64,000 nucleotides of DNA from Terriglobales bacterium (lineage in GTDB: Bacteria > Acidobacteriota > Terriglobia > Terriglobales > Acidobacteriaceae), in the NCBI GenBank assembly GCA_035496675.1, contig DATJEL010000108.1, positions 6,257-70,256 on the forward strand, written 5' to 3'. The position numbers and the translations under genes are program-made. Shown here in pieces: positions 17,949 to 26,129 of the stretch (position 1 is the stretch's first letter; every line of letters begins with the position of its first letter). The notes under the pieces are model-generated. The model ran no database searches. It was not told where the DNA came from and saw only the letters and a program-made list of their open reading frames with translations.

Positions 17949-18686
17949 TTACATGCGGCGCAGGCGTGGGAAGAGAAACCCGGTATTTCGCAAGTGGGCG
18001 TTAAATTCGACGCCGAACCGCTCTCTCAGAATGCGCTCTTCCGTTTTGGCCTTGATCGCGTAGTTGGCCAGCAGAATCAGGAACGACAAAAGGCCTCGAA
18101 TCTCGCCCACCACCAGTGCTGTTCCAAGAACTGCCAGAAGAACACCGCTATAAAGGGGATGGCGAATGCGAGCGTAGGGCCCGCTGCGAACGAGCTGGTG
18201 CTCAGACTGCACGATGACTTTGTCGCTCCAATATTTCCCGAGCACGATCCGCGACCACAAGGTTACGAGCATTCCTGCAATTGCGGCAGCGAATCCGAGC
18301 ACGCCGAAAAAGGATAGATCCGGGACGAATCGTCTTCCCAGCACCCCTGCCGCGGTCGCCTTCCAGAATAGTAGTGCAAACACTCCGGCAAGAACGAACA
18401 GCCGGAGCAGGCGGTACCATTTGAACTCTCCTGAGTGGGCCGCGCTGCTCGGCGCGCCCCAGGATAGGCCAACCGAGGTCCACGCGATCGAGAGAATCAG
18501 AAGCAGAAGCGGCGGAATCACCCTTCGGCCCGCAAACACGGCGGTGAATGTCGCCATCAGAAATGCGAATTTCAAGCGGCGGTCGACGGCACCCGGATCG
18601 GGCTTCAGCACATTGACGCTCATCCAGTAGGCACCGAAAAATGCCCAGCAATAGCCGAGCACAGTCAGGAGAGCTTCGTTGGTCAT
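17949..18686 (-). CDS. Isoprenylcysteine carboxyl methyltransferase (ICMT)/phospholipid methyltransferase-family membrane protein
   Basis: Multi-TM protein with the C-terminal signature [28 protein letters not shown]...[16 protein letters not shown] overlap with the upstream YbjQ gene. Confidence 0.75.
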   Translation of the reverse strand: MTNEALLTVLGYCWAFFGAYWMSVNVLKPDPGAVDRRLKFAFLMATFTAVFAGRRVIPPLLLLILSIAWTSVGLSWGAPSSAAHSGEFKWYRLLRLFVLAGVFALLFWKATAAGVLGRRFVPDLSFFGVLGFAAAIAGMLVTLWSRIVLGKYWSDKVIVQSEHQLVRSGPYARIRHPLYSGVLLAVLGTALVVGEIRGLLSFLILLANYAIKAKTEERILRERFGVEFNAHLRNTGFLFPRLRRM

Positions 18687-19054
18687 GGCCGGGCTACGGG
18701 TTCGACGTAAACGGCGGTGCCGTATGCCAGCACCTCCGTGACGCCTTGCATCACTTCCGTTGCGTCGTAGCGGGCACCCACGACGGCATTGCCGCCCAGT
18801 TGACCGGCGTGCAGCAGCATCAGGTCAAAGGCTTCGGCGCGCGTCTTCTCACACAATTGCGTAAATAAGCTGATGTTGCCTCCGACAATCGTCTGCAAGC
18901 TGGCACCGATGGTTCCGATGATCGAGCGGGAGCGAACGACGATCCCGCGGACGACGCCCATCGTCCGCACCACTTTGAATCCATCCAATTCAAACTGTGT
19001 GGTCACCATGTTGTGCGCCACCATTTGTGAACGACTTGCCTGCCCCACCGCCAT
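18683..19054 (-). CDS. YbjQ/UPF0145-family protein
   Basis: [29 protein letters not shown]...[15 protein letters not shown]...AYGTAV is the typical YbjQ pattern. A GGGAGG SD lies 6 nt before the ATG at 19054. Confidence 0.8.
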   Translation of the reverse strand: MAVGQASRSQMVAHNMVTTQFELDGFKVVRTMGVVRGIVVRSRSIIGTIGASLQTIVGGNISLFTQLCEKTRAEAFDLMLLHAGQLGGNAVVGARYDATEVMQGVTEVLAYGTAVYVEPVARP

Positions 19055-19236
19055 CCCTGTCCTCCCGAAACGATCGCATCCAATTTACACCAACGTTCAG
19101 AGGCACCATTCGAAGGGTAGGGCGCTCGAGAACGAAAGAAACTCTCGCCCTAGTGAAATTCACAATTTATCGTGTCTCCCGCCCGCGGCATGACCTGCCG
19201 CTTGCCAGACGGTTGTCGAAGCGGTGAGAACCTTGA

Positions 19237-19833
19237 TTAACCCTCGGGAACGGCCGGGCAGCCGGGGAACTCCTTAACAAACGTATTGCCGATGTAACCG
19301 AGGTATTTGATCCCGATTTCGCTTGTAAAAAAACCGTCAGCCGCCATGTTGCGCAAGAACGAAAAAAACGCCACGCCCTGGCTCAAGGAAGAATCGGCTG
19401 CTGCATTCTTGCGATAGGCGATCTTGTCAAGGATCTCTGTCTGTTGTTCCGGGGCGCAGTCAAGATAAACCTTCCCATAGCGATCGATGCAGGCGCCGTC
19501 CAGCCACATCATGCCACCACCCAAAACGCCCTGGTAATCCTTGTTTTCGCTGGTCAACAGATCAATGAACTCAGGCGCGCCCGCTTCGATGGCGCCGCCG
19601 GAATCAGAGTCCGCCGGGAAAATAGTTTGGCAGAGCGCCTTGAGCGTCTTGTATCCGTGGGCATCGAAATATTTGGGAGTGTATTCTCCTGCGGGCGCCG
19701 TCTTCTTTTCGGCGGCGATCATGCGGTGGGCGTGCTCGGCTGCCTGCAGCGGAATGACCCGCAATACGGAAGTTGCCGCCGCACCCATGGTCAGGGATTT
19801 CAGGATGGAACGGCGCGAAATCTTTGAACTCAT
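19237..19833 (-). CDS. Gluconate 2-dehydrogenase subunit 3-family small subunit with twin-arginine signal
   Basis: MSSKISRRSILKSLTMGAAATSV Tat motif and the C-terminal GFFTSEIGIKYLGYIGN motif. The start forms an ATGA overlap with the GMC gene stop. Confidence 0.75.
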   Translation of the reverse strand: MSSKISRRSILKSLTMGAAATSVLRVIPLQAAEHAHRMIAAEKKTAPAGEYTPKYFDAHGYKTLKALCQTIFPADSDSGGAIEAGAPEFIDLLTSENKDYQGVLGGGMMWLDGACIDRYGKVYLDCAPEQQTEILDKIAYRKNAAADSSLSQGVAFFSFLRNMAADGFFTSEIGIKYLGYIGNTFVKEFPGCPAVPEG

Positions 19834-21533
19834 AAGTTTCCCTTCTTCGCCTGATCGAGCAAATAGTCCGAGGCGCGCCATGAGAGCGCCATGATGGTCA
19901 GCGTCGGATTTTTATCCGGATTGCTGACAAACGAAGCTCCGTCGGTGACGAACACGTTTTTCACATCATGTGCCTGGCAGTAACCATTCAGCGCCGAGGT
20001 TTTCCGGTTGTTCCCCATACGCACGACCCCAAGCTCGTGAATAATGACTCCGCCATCCTGGATTCCGTAGGGGTTGGGTCCATCCGGAGTGGTTCGATCG
20101 TAATAGGTTCCTCCGGCCGCCTCGACGATCCCGCGGAATGTCTGCTGCATATCGCGCGCCATTTTGATTTCATTCTCGCTCCACTGGAAGTGGAAGCGCA
20201 GAACCGGAATTCCCCACTCATCCACGGTGTTGGGATCGATCTCACAATAGGTATGCTCGTTGGGAATCATTTCTCCGCGTCCCGCGAATCCGATAAAGGT
20301 GCCGTACATCTCCCGGCACTTCCTCTTCAAGGCTGACCCGTAGCCTTCGTAGGCTTCACAAAGCGGACCGAACTCCCCGACCCCCGGCATGTTGCGGCCG
20401 CCTCCCAGTTCAATGTGATACCCGCGCAAGAATTCGTTCTTGCGATCGTACTTCCACCATGGCACGTACATGTGCATGCCCCCGACGCCGTCATGGTTGT
20501 GCGGCGGCATCTTTAAAAGGCGTGGTACAAATCCGCCGCCGGAACTGCCTACGCTGTCGGTCAGATACCTGCCCACGACACCGGATGAATTGGCCAGGCC
20601 ATCGGGAAATTGAGCGGACTTTGAATTCAGCAACAGCCGTGCCGATTCGCAGGCACTCGCTCCAACCACAAAGGCTTTGGCATAGATCTTCTTCTCGGCG
20701 CGAGTGGACTTGTCGATGTAAGAAACGGCTTCCGCTTTACCGTCCTTTCCCAGCTCCACTTCGCGCACCATGGCATTCGTGATCAGAGTGAAACGCCCGG
20801 TTTGTTCGGCAGCCGGCAGCATGACCTGGCTCGAACTGAAGTTGGAGGCGCTGATGCAGCCTCGGCCGCACTGCCCGCAGTAATGACACGCCGCCCGCCC
20901 GTTATGCGGTTTCGTTATCACGGCAAGCCGCGATGGAATGCAAGTCACACCAACTTTGTCGCAGGCCGACTTGATGATCAGCTCGGTGCAGCGCGGTTTC
21001 GGTGGCGGCAGGAAAACTCCATTCGGTGCGCTCGACACATTTTCGGCGGTACCGAAAACGCCAATGTAGGACTCAACTTTGTCGTAATACGGAGCGACAT
21101 CTTCGTAGGTGATCGGCCAGTCATCGCCCATACCATCGCTAGAACGGGATTGGAAATCCACCGGCGCGAAGCGCAGCGCGATGCGACCCCAATGATTCGT
21201 ACGGCCGCCAACGATTCGTGATCGAAACCAACGAAAGCGTGAGCCGGGAGCATTGGTGTAGGGCTCGCCGTCGATGTCCCAGGAACCGTTTGGGGCAAGA
21301 AATTCGGAGAAGTCCTGCGATGCCTTTCCGCCCACCCCCGCGCCGCGGTGCGGCAACTGAAACGGCCAAACATGCTCCTTGAAGTCGCTCTCCGGATGCA
21401 CGGGAGGTCCGGCTTCCAGCATGACGACACTTAAGCCGCCTTCGGTGAGAACTTTCGCCGCCGTGCCGCCTGCGGCACCGGATCCAATGATGCAAACGTC
21501 GTAGACCTTAGGAGATCGGATAACTTGGGGCAT
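19830..21533 (-). CDS. GMC-family FAD-dependent oxidoreductase (no signal peptide of its own)
   Basis: YDVCIIGSGAAGGTAAKVLTEGG FAD-binding start and a GMC C-terminal region (HELGVVRMG, NVFVTDGASF). The ATG at 21533 is preferred (GGAG 5 nt upstream) over the GTG at 21569. Confidence 0.88.
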   Translation of the reverse strand: MPQVIRSPKVYDVCIIGSGAAGGTAAKVLTEGGLSVVMLEAGPPVHPESDFKEHVWPFQLPHRGAGVGGKASQDFSEFLAPNGSWDIDGEPYTNAPGSRFRWFRSRIVGGRTNHWGRIALRFAPVDFQSRSSDGMGDDWPITYEDVAPYYDKVESYIGVFGTAENVSSAPNGVFLPPPKPRCTELIIKSACDKVGVTCIPSRLAVITKPHNGRAACHYCGQCGRGCISASNFSSSQVMLPAAEQTGRFTLITNAMVREVELGKDGKAEAVSYIDKSTRAEKKIYAKAFVVGASACESARLLLNSKSAQFPDGLANSSGVVGRYLTDSVGSSGGGFVPRLLKMPPHNHDGVGGMHMYVPWWKYDRKNEFLRGYHIELGGGRNMPGVGEFGPLCEAYEGYGSALKRKCREMYGTFIGFAGRGEMIPNEHTYCEIDPNTVDEWGIPVLRFHFQWSENEIKMARDMQQTFRGIVEAAGGTYYDRTTPDGPNPYGIQDGGVIIHELGVVRMGNNRKTSALNGYCQAHDVKNVFVTDGASFVSNPDKNPTLTIMALSWRASDYLLDQAKKGNL

Positions 21534-21620
21534 GAACGCTCCAGACTCGTGGCTCTTAGCGTTTGGCACTTAGCGCTTGGCGATTTCACCGCGAGCGCAA
21601 TGCCGATTGCAAAGTGCGTT

Positions 21621-22466
21621 CTAGAACCTTAGCTTTTCTAAATATTCAAAACTAGCTTGAATGCTTTCAAAAGGTGCTTTTGGTTGATCGTGTTCCACGA
21701 AGTAATGCTTGATGCCTCCGAGATCGCTCTTCGCGAAGATCGCTTTCCAATCGATCTCGCCCTTGCCAACCTCGGTCATCGTGCCGTTGGCTTCGAAGTC
21801 CTTCACATGGACGAGCGGAAAGCGTCCCGGGTATTGCGCAAACCACTTGAGGGGATCGGTGCCGGCTTCATGCGCCCAGCCCAGATCCATTTCCATCTTC
21901 ACCAGCTTTGGATCGCATTCCTTCAGCAGGATGTCATAGGGTAATTGACCATCCACGGGCTTAAACTCCACGACGTGGTTATGGTAGGCGAACTGGATTC
22001 CCGAGCGCATCGTCTCCTTGCCCGCGCGATTGAAAGCCGCGGCAGCCTGCTTCCACCCGTCGGCGGACTTTTGCAACTGCTCATCGATTCCCGGATTGAC
22101 GATGTATTTGTGGCCGATGATTTCAGAGGCCTCGATCACGCGCGGCAGGTTCTCTGAAATGAGCGCCGAGTACGGGATATGCGTAGCCGGCGCGCTTAAC
22201 CCGAGTGAACTCAGCATCTCGCGGGTCTTTTTCGGGGCGGGATTTAGGTTCTTAAGATCGGCAAAATAACCAGCGAACTCGACCTCGCGGTAGCCGATTT
22301 TTGCCACGCGCGCGAGCGTACCTTCAAAATCCTGCTTGAGTGCGTCGCGAACGGTATACAGTTCGACCCCGATCTTCTCGATACGACGGGTGCCGCTTGC
22401 AGCCCATCCCAAACGCCCCACGGCAGCTGCCGCCGTCAATGTCCCCACGAAAGTTCTTCGATTCAC
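21621..22466 (-). CDS. Xylose isomerase-like TIM-barrel protein (sugar phosphate isomerase/epimerase family) with Tat signal
   Basis: MNRRTFVGTLTAAAAVGRLGWA signal and AP-endonuclease-2/xylose-isomerase-like barrel motifs (YREVEFAG, FAYHNH, MEMDLGW, YFVEHD). GTG start with GGAGG 4 nt upstream. Confidence 0.8.
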   Translation of the reverse strand: MNRRTFVGTLTAAAAVGRLGWAASGTRRIEKIGVELYTVRDALKQDFEGTLARVAKIGYREVEFAGYFADLKNLNPAPKKTREMLSSLGLSAPATHIPYSALISENLPRVIEASEIIGHKYIVNPGIDEQLQKSADGWKQAAAAFNRAGKETMRSGIQFAYHNHVVEFKPVDGQLPYDILLKECDPKLVKMEMDLGWAHEAGTDPLKWFAQYPGRFPLVHVKDFEANGTMTEVGKGEIDWKAIFAKSDLGGIKHYFVEHDQPKAPFESIQASFEYLEKLRF

Positions 22467-22503
22467 GTTTCCTCCGCCACAATTCGGATGTGACGCGTTG
22501 CAC

Positions 22504-23634
22504 CTAAGCCAGTTGCGGTTCGCTTAGCAATTCCTCGCGCACATTCTTCAGCACATACATCGCGCGCTCAACGCCTACTTCTCCAGACAAAATCGGATCC
22601 TCATTTTCGATTGAAAAGATGCCGTCATAGCCGACTTCCATGTATGCACGCATGATGTCTTTCCACGCGCTCGCGCTGTGGCCATAACCGACGGCGCGAA
22701 ACGCGGCCGAGGCAACCTTCAAGTCCTTCTTCTCAAAGACAAAATTCAGAACGCCGTACTGGGCGACTTTGTCCGGGTAGAGCACCGTGTCCTTCATGTG
22801 GGCATGATAGATGGCGCCTTGTTTGCCCAGCATGCGGATGACTTCCACCGGATTGCATCCTTGCCAGAAGAGATGGCTAAGGTCGTTATTGGCGCCGATT
22901 TCTTCCCCGACCGCATCGCGAAGTTTGAGCAGAGTGAGAGGGTTGTACACGCAAAAGTTTGGATGCATCTCGAGCGCTAAGCGACGAATGCCGTGGCTAC
23001 GCGCAAACTTCACGGCTTCCTTCCAGTAGGGCACCAGCCGCTCCTTCCACTGCCAATCGAGAGACGCGGCATATTCGGGTGGCCAGCGATACGTAATCCA
23101 ATTGGGATTCTTGTCGGTGGGGTTCGCGCCGGGACAGCCGGAAAATCCAACGATCACTTTGACATCGAGCTTTTCCGCCAGTAGTACTGTGCGCCGGAAG
23201 GTCTGGGCATCGCGGTCGGCAATGCTTTTGTCAGGATGTACGGGATTCCCGTGGCAGCTCAGGACGGCGATTTGGATGTTGTGATCATCGAACTTCTTCC
23301 TCCACGCCTTCAGTTTCGCGGGATCGTCAAGCAACTCCTGCACCGGGCAATGTTTGTCATTGGGATACCCGCCGGTACCGACCTCGATGGCTTCCGCGCC
23401 CAGACTCACATATTTTTCAACCAGTTGATCAATGGTGAGATCAGGAAAAGCGGGATCAAAAATCCCGATACGAATCTTCTTCCGAGGAGCCGCCGAACTG
23501 GAACTGCTCGAATCCTGCGGTGTGGCCGCCGCCGAAACCGGAGTTGCCCCGGCAATAGCTCCGGCCAGCGCTCCGCCCGTGGTGGCAAGAAAACCTCTGC
23601 GCGTGGGAGAAAGAAACTCAGAACCTTGAGCCAT
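22504..23634 (-). CDS. Xylose isomerase-like TIM-barrel protein with Tat signal and Ser-rich linker
   Basis: PTRRGFLATTGGALAGAIAGATPVSAAA twin-arginine signal, an SSSSSS linker, then barrel motifs (LALEMHP, NNDLSHLFWQG, YHAHMKD, FSIENED). Confidence 0.8.
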   Translation of the reverse strand: MAQGSEFLSPTRRGFLATTGGALAGAIAGATPVSAAATPQDSSSSSSAAPRKKIRIGIFDPAFPDLTIDQLVEKYVSLGAEAIEVGTGGYPNDKHCPVQELLDDPAKLKAWRKKFDDHNIQIAVLSCHGNPVHPDKSIADRDAQTFRRTVLLAEKLDVKVIVGFSGCPGANPTDKNPNWITYRWPPEYAASLDWQWKERLVPYWKEAVKFARSHGIRRLALEMHPNFCVYNPLTLLKLRDAVGEEIGANNDLSHLFWQGCNPVEVIRMLGKQGAIYHAHMKDTVLYPDKVAQYGVLNFVFEKKDLKVASAAFRAVGYGHSASAWKDIMRAYMEVGYDGIFSIENEDPILSGEVGVERAMYVLKNVREELLSEPQLA

Positions 23635-23856
23635 GAAGACCTCGATGATGTTACAACCTGAACCCCGAACGGTTGACCATTATACTCATCGACTCGAATT
23701 CAAGGCTTTCGTAGTCAGCCGAGGAGAAATTGCGGGGATGCACAGCAGTGAAACCTTGGCGCGATCCTCTCCCCGGTTGGACAATCCATGCAGCGGAACA
23801 AAATTATGGCTCTATGTGGCCAAGCCGGGCGCTTGACGATCGCGAGAATCTCGCTC

Positions 23857-23892
23857 AAAAACCAAAACCGCCCTCGCGGGCGGTTTTGGTTT
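23857..23892. terminator. Bidirectional intrinsic terminator
   Basis: AAAAACCAAAACCGCCC-TCGC-GGGCGGTTTTGGTTT. A GC-rich stem extended by A/T pairs, with an A-tract and a T-tract on either side. It lies between the sulfatase-fold gene stop (24094) and the next minus-strand gene start (23634). Confidence 0.6.
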
Positions 23893-24093
23893 CGTGGGTT
23901 GAACTCCTCAATTCTCAGGCCGGAGGTGGCCATAACTATGAGGACGTTAGGGGTATTTTCACGCGGACGCCGATCGCGAACAATACTGCAAAATAACTAG
24001 GCAACGGTGACCCGCTTAGTCATTGGCGAACAATCACTTGGCCGATTTTGGTGAGCGCCATCACAGCAATCCTCCCCCTTGCAAATTCCCCTT

Positions 24094-26052
24094 TTAGCGC
24101 CCTCCAGTTAAGGCCGCACTCACCTTCTGTCCTTCGGGTGTATGAATCAGATCTCTAAGTTCCCCGGGGTCTGCTTTCCAATCGTAGAGCTGCCCACCAT
24201 ATTTTTCATGGATGATGAGTTGCCACCGTCCTGAAACAACCGACTTCATCCAACCATCCGTGGCAAGAGGTTCTTTCGCTTGCATCAGGCGATCCTCTTT
24301 GACAATCGTATTGGTTTCGGGAAGTTCAGAAACAACAAGATTCTCTCCGGATGTAGGCGTGTCCACAGCGTTTGTAGATCCTAGACTGGCTCTAGGGCCC
24401 CAGGTCCGGTCTAACGAGACCTGCGGGAAAGGATCGCTACCTCCGTTAATCGTGGCCATCACTGTCGCCGCAACTGCCTGGTTGCCCACAGGTTGCTCGA
24501 CTCTCACTCCCTCGGGGAGATGTCCAGGCCAGGAAAAAATAAGCGGTACGCGCACAAGCTCCCAGTAGAGCGCGGCCCCGTGATAGCTGAGTCCGTGATC
24601 TCCGAGAGACTCGCCGTGATCGGAGGTCAGGATCACAAGCGTGTTCTTCAGAATGCCATCCCGGTCAAGCTCTGCGAGCAAAGCGCCAATCGAATCGTCT
24701 TCGTACTTCAGGCCAGCGTCGTATTCATCGACAGCCGTACCGTGATCCCAGACAGGCTTGGTAATTCCGGGCGGGCCACCGTAGGAATAGTGAACGTCGA
24801 GGTAGGTGAGGAATGCGAAGAAAGGATGATCGCTCTTGCGTCGAATCCAGCCTAGTGCCTCGCGATTGAGTTCGTCGGCCCGCTTGCGAACGCCGAACGC
24901 GCCGCCATACTCGCCCGATCCTTCAGAGTCCTTGTCAAGCCAGTTAGAAAGGCCAACCCAGCGGAAAAAGCGCGTGAACTTGCTCTTCGCACTCCGGTTC
25001 AGGTACAAGCGAGCAAACTCTCGGCCAAATTCGGTGCGAACGAACGCATCTCCAAGGCTATCGAAATAATCTTCGAAGTGTAGAAATCCCCGCCCCAGCC
25101 CAATGTTGCTGGTGAAGTAAACGCGATTGGCGGAGAAGGCCCCGGTGCGGTAACCCCGCTGCTGAAGGGCCTCGCCAAGCGTAGGAAGGCCATTCAGGGA
25201 GCGATTGCCCCAACCGAACCAAGGCATACGGCGGACATTGCCGGCGCCGTGTTCGTGAACCGATCGTCCGGTAACGAGCGATGCATGGGAAGGCAGACTC
25301 CAAGACGAAGGCGCCACGGCGTTCTCGAACGAAATGCCGCGGCTCGCCAAGCTGGCAATCCGGGGAGTCGTCGGGCGCGAGTAGCCATAAGCCGATAGGT
25401 GATCAGCGCGAAGCGTATCGATGACGATCAGCAGGACGTTGGGGGAGCCGGGAGCGGAGGGTGGCAGGTGTGATGTCGCGTAGGATTCCTCGAGGCGCTT
25501 GCCGCCTTCGATCGAAATCAGAAGCAAAACAAAAATTCCAAGAAGGGCGGGAACCGAACGTTCCCAGAAGCGCACGGCTGGTACTTCGTGTTTCTTCAGC
25601 CAGCGGGTGAAAGCGACGGCAATGCCGAGGGCAAGTAGCAGGCATGCTCTTTTGTACAGGCGCCCGGTGACGAGCAGCCAATCGTAAGCGCTTAGGAACG
25701 TGAGAATAAAAACCAGAACGCGAAGACCAGGCATGCGCCGTTGGACACGAGAAAGAAGCGCAACCGCCAAAGCAATGAGCAGGAAGAAGACGAGGTCGAC
25801 GATGGGGGAAATCCAGAGTATTTCTTTGGAGACGTGGAGAACCCGTGCCCATTGGGCCCAATTCACCCGCTGAAAGGCAAGGAGCCCGGCACCCTCCAGA
25901 AGCCCGGATACAAGGGCAAACCAGCAGGCAACGTAGAAAAGCACGAGCGTTCCGGTCGCACCTGGTGCGGGAAGATCGCGTGGTCGCGCTCGCTCTCCCG
26001 ACCCCCTCAAAATCGCCGCCTGCTTAGTTCCCGTCTGATGGAAGGTCTCCAT
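24094..26052 (-). CDS. Membrane-anchored sulfatase-fold (alkaline phosphatase superfamily) hydrolase/transferase
   Basis: The N-terminal ~200 aa carries about 5 TM helices. The sulfatase domain follows: NVLLIVIDTLRADH, then SSWSLPSHASLVTGR aligned to the canonical C/S-x-P-S-R-xxxL-TGR, and later LTSDHGE. Confidence 0.8.
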   Translation of the reverse strand: METFHQTGTKQAAILRGSGERARPRDLPAPGATGTLVLFYVACWFALVSGLLEGAGLLAFQRVNWAQWARVLHVSKEILWISPIVDLVFFLLIALAVALLSRVQRRMPGLRVLVFILTFLSAYDWLLVTGRLYKRACLLLALGIAVAFTRWLKKHEVPAVRFWERSVPALLGIFVLLLISIEGGKRLEESYATSHLPPSAPGSPNVLLIVIDTLRADHLSAYGYSRPTTPRIASLASRGISFENAVAPSSWSLPSHASLVTGRSVHEHGAGNVRRMPWFGWGNRSLNGLPTLGEALQQRGYRTGAFSANRVYFTSNIGLGRGFLHFEDYFDSLGDAFVRTEFGREFARLYLNRSAKSKFTRFFRWVGLSNWLDKDSEGSGEYGGAFGVRKRADELNREALGWIRRKSDHPFFAFLTYLDVHYSYGGPPGITKPVWDHGTAVDEYDAGLKYEDDSIGALLAELDRDGILKNTLVILTSDHGESLGDHGLSYHGAALYWELVRVPLIFSWPGHLPEGVRVEQPVGNQAVAATVMATINGGSDPFPQVSLDRTWGPRASLGSTNAVDTPTSGENLVVSELPETNTIVKEDRLMQAKEPLATDGWMKSVVSGRWQLIIHEKYGGQLYDWKADPGELRDLIHTPEGQKVSAALTGGR

Positions 26053-26129
26053 TTGAATCCTGAGTTTAGCAGTTGTATGGAACGGTTATGCTCGAGCGGC
26101 ACGTCGTAAGTAGATAGAATGAGGCATTC

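Noticed and set aside
17883-18317. A + strand 144-aa ORF with a TTG start preceded by GAAGGGGGAG, upstream of mraZ and antisense to the ICMT-like gene.
   Set aside because: The G-run is the 3' arm of the TCCCCC/GGGGGA hairpin next to the terminator. The ORF is mostly antisense to a gene with clear family motifs, and its translation is low-complexity.
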